Under the pieces are notes generated by a model. That model made no database searches and was not told where the DNA came from. It saw only the letters and a program-made list of their open reading frames with translations. DNA of 32,000 nt. Source: an uncultured Alphaproteobacteria bacterium (GTDB taxonomy: Bacteria; Pseudomonadota; Alphaproteobacteria; UBA3830). The stretch spans positions 58,178-90,177 of the forward strand of contig CALXQM010000015.1 in NCBI GenBank assembly GCA_944390765.1, in the 5' to 3' direction. A program made the translations under genes and the position numbers. This document shows, in pieces, positions 31,410 to 32,000 of the stretch. The first letter of the stretch is position 1, and the number at the start of each line of letters is the position of its first letter.

Positions 31410-32000
31410 TGAAAGATATTGAACTTTCAGCTTCAATGATGTGTGCAAATTATGCTTGTTTAAGAGATGAAGTAAAAAATCTTGAAGAAGCAGGAATTGA
31501 TATTTTCCATATTGATATTATGGATGGAAGTTTTGTTGATAATTTTGGAATGGGTTATCAGGATATGGCTTTTATTAAAAATAATACTTCTAAACAAGTT
31601 GAAGCACATTTAATGGTATCAAAACCATATAATTATTTAAATATTTTATTTAATTTGGGTATTGATATTATTTACATACATCCTGAAGTTGATCCGGATC
31701 CTGCTACAACTATTGAAAAAATTCACCAACATGGCGCAATTGCGGGTATTGCAATAAACCCTGGAACATCAATTTCAACAATTGAAGAGTTATTAAATAC
31801 CGTTAATAGAGTACTGGTGTTAGGGGTTAACCCCGGTCATGCAGGAAGAAAATATCAACCGTATGTAGATAAAAAAATTGAACGCTTACTTGAATTGAAA
31901 AAAATATTGAATTTTGAAATTTATATGGATGGTGCCGTTACAATTGATAGAATAAATCAATGGCGAACAAAAGGAGTTAAAGGCTTCGTTCTGGGAACCG
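31409..32000 (+). CDS. Ribulose-phosphate 3-epimerase family protein, AlsE (allulose-6-P 3-epimerase)-like; 3' end outside window
   Basis: Not in the ORF track because there is no stop before the window end. The ATG at 31409 is in a TAATG overlap with the upstream stop, RBS AAGGAGG. My translation: MKDIELSASMMCANYACLRDEVKNLEEAGIDIFHIDIMDGSFVDNFGMG...EAHLMVSKP...VLGVNPGHAGRKY...IYMDGAV. The SxMC and FHIDIMDG motifs resemble AlsE more than canonical Rpe (SILSAD, HxDVMDG). Confidence 0.8.
   Translation, partial: MKDIELSASMMCANYACLRDEVKNLEEAGIDIFHIDIMDGSFVDNFGMGYQDMAFIKNNTSKQVEAHLMVSKPYNYLNILFNLGIDIIYIHPEVDPDPATTIEKIHQHGAIAGIAINPGTSISTIEELLNTVNRVLVLGVNPGHAGRKYQPYVDKKIERLLELKKILNFEIYMDGAVTIDRINQWRTKGVKGFVLGT

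Overview
This window comes from a low-GC alphaproteobacterial genome that looks like a streamlined endosymbiont of the Rickettsiales or Holosporales type. That placement is inferred from gene order: adk-rpsM without infA/rpmJ between them, and rpsK-rpoA without rpsD. Positions 1-24622 form one uninterrupted + strand array of 33 core genes: rpoB (5' end outside the window), rpoC, and the fused str, S10, spc and alpha ribosomal-protein operons (rpsL ... rplQ, including fusA, tuf, secY, adk, rpoA). Every intergenic gap is 18 nt or less except the 84-nt rpoC-rpsL spacer, which carries a good sigma70-type promoter. The array ends at a clear rho-independent terminator (24658-24695). Positions 24.7-26.26 kb are decayed DNA. 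They hold an IS5-family (HTH_Tnp_4/DDE_Tnp_4-like) transposase pseudogene on the - strand with two in-frame TAG stops, two related hairpin repeats that share a 16-nt core, and a shattered N-terminal fragment of a family-2 glycosyltransferase. From 26260 to the window end lies a visibly more AT-rich, tightly packed + strand operon of six genes. In order these are a 405-aa orphan with a GT-B-like layout, a fused sugar-1-P nucleotidyltransferase/APH-type kinase, an acyltransferase-3 membrane protein, a mini HAD phosphatase, a type-I phosphomannose-isomerase-like cupin, and an AlsE/Rpe-like hexulose/pentulose-phosphate 3-epimerase that runs off the window. This operon is the most interesting part. 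It looks like a laterally acquired module for making and attaching an unusual activated sugar, and its substrate cannot be read from the sequence. No tRNA, rRNA or CRISPR array was seen. All functional calls rest on motif recognition by eye; no database search was possible.
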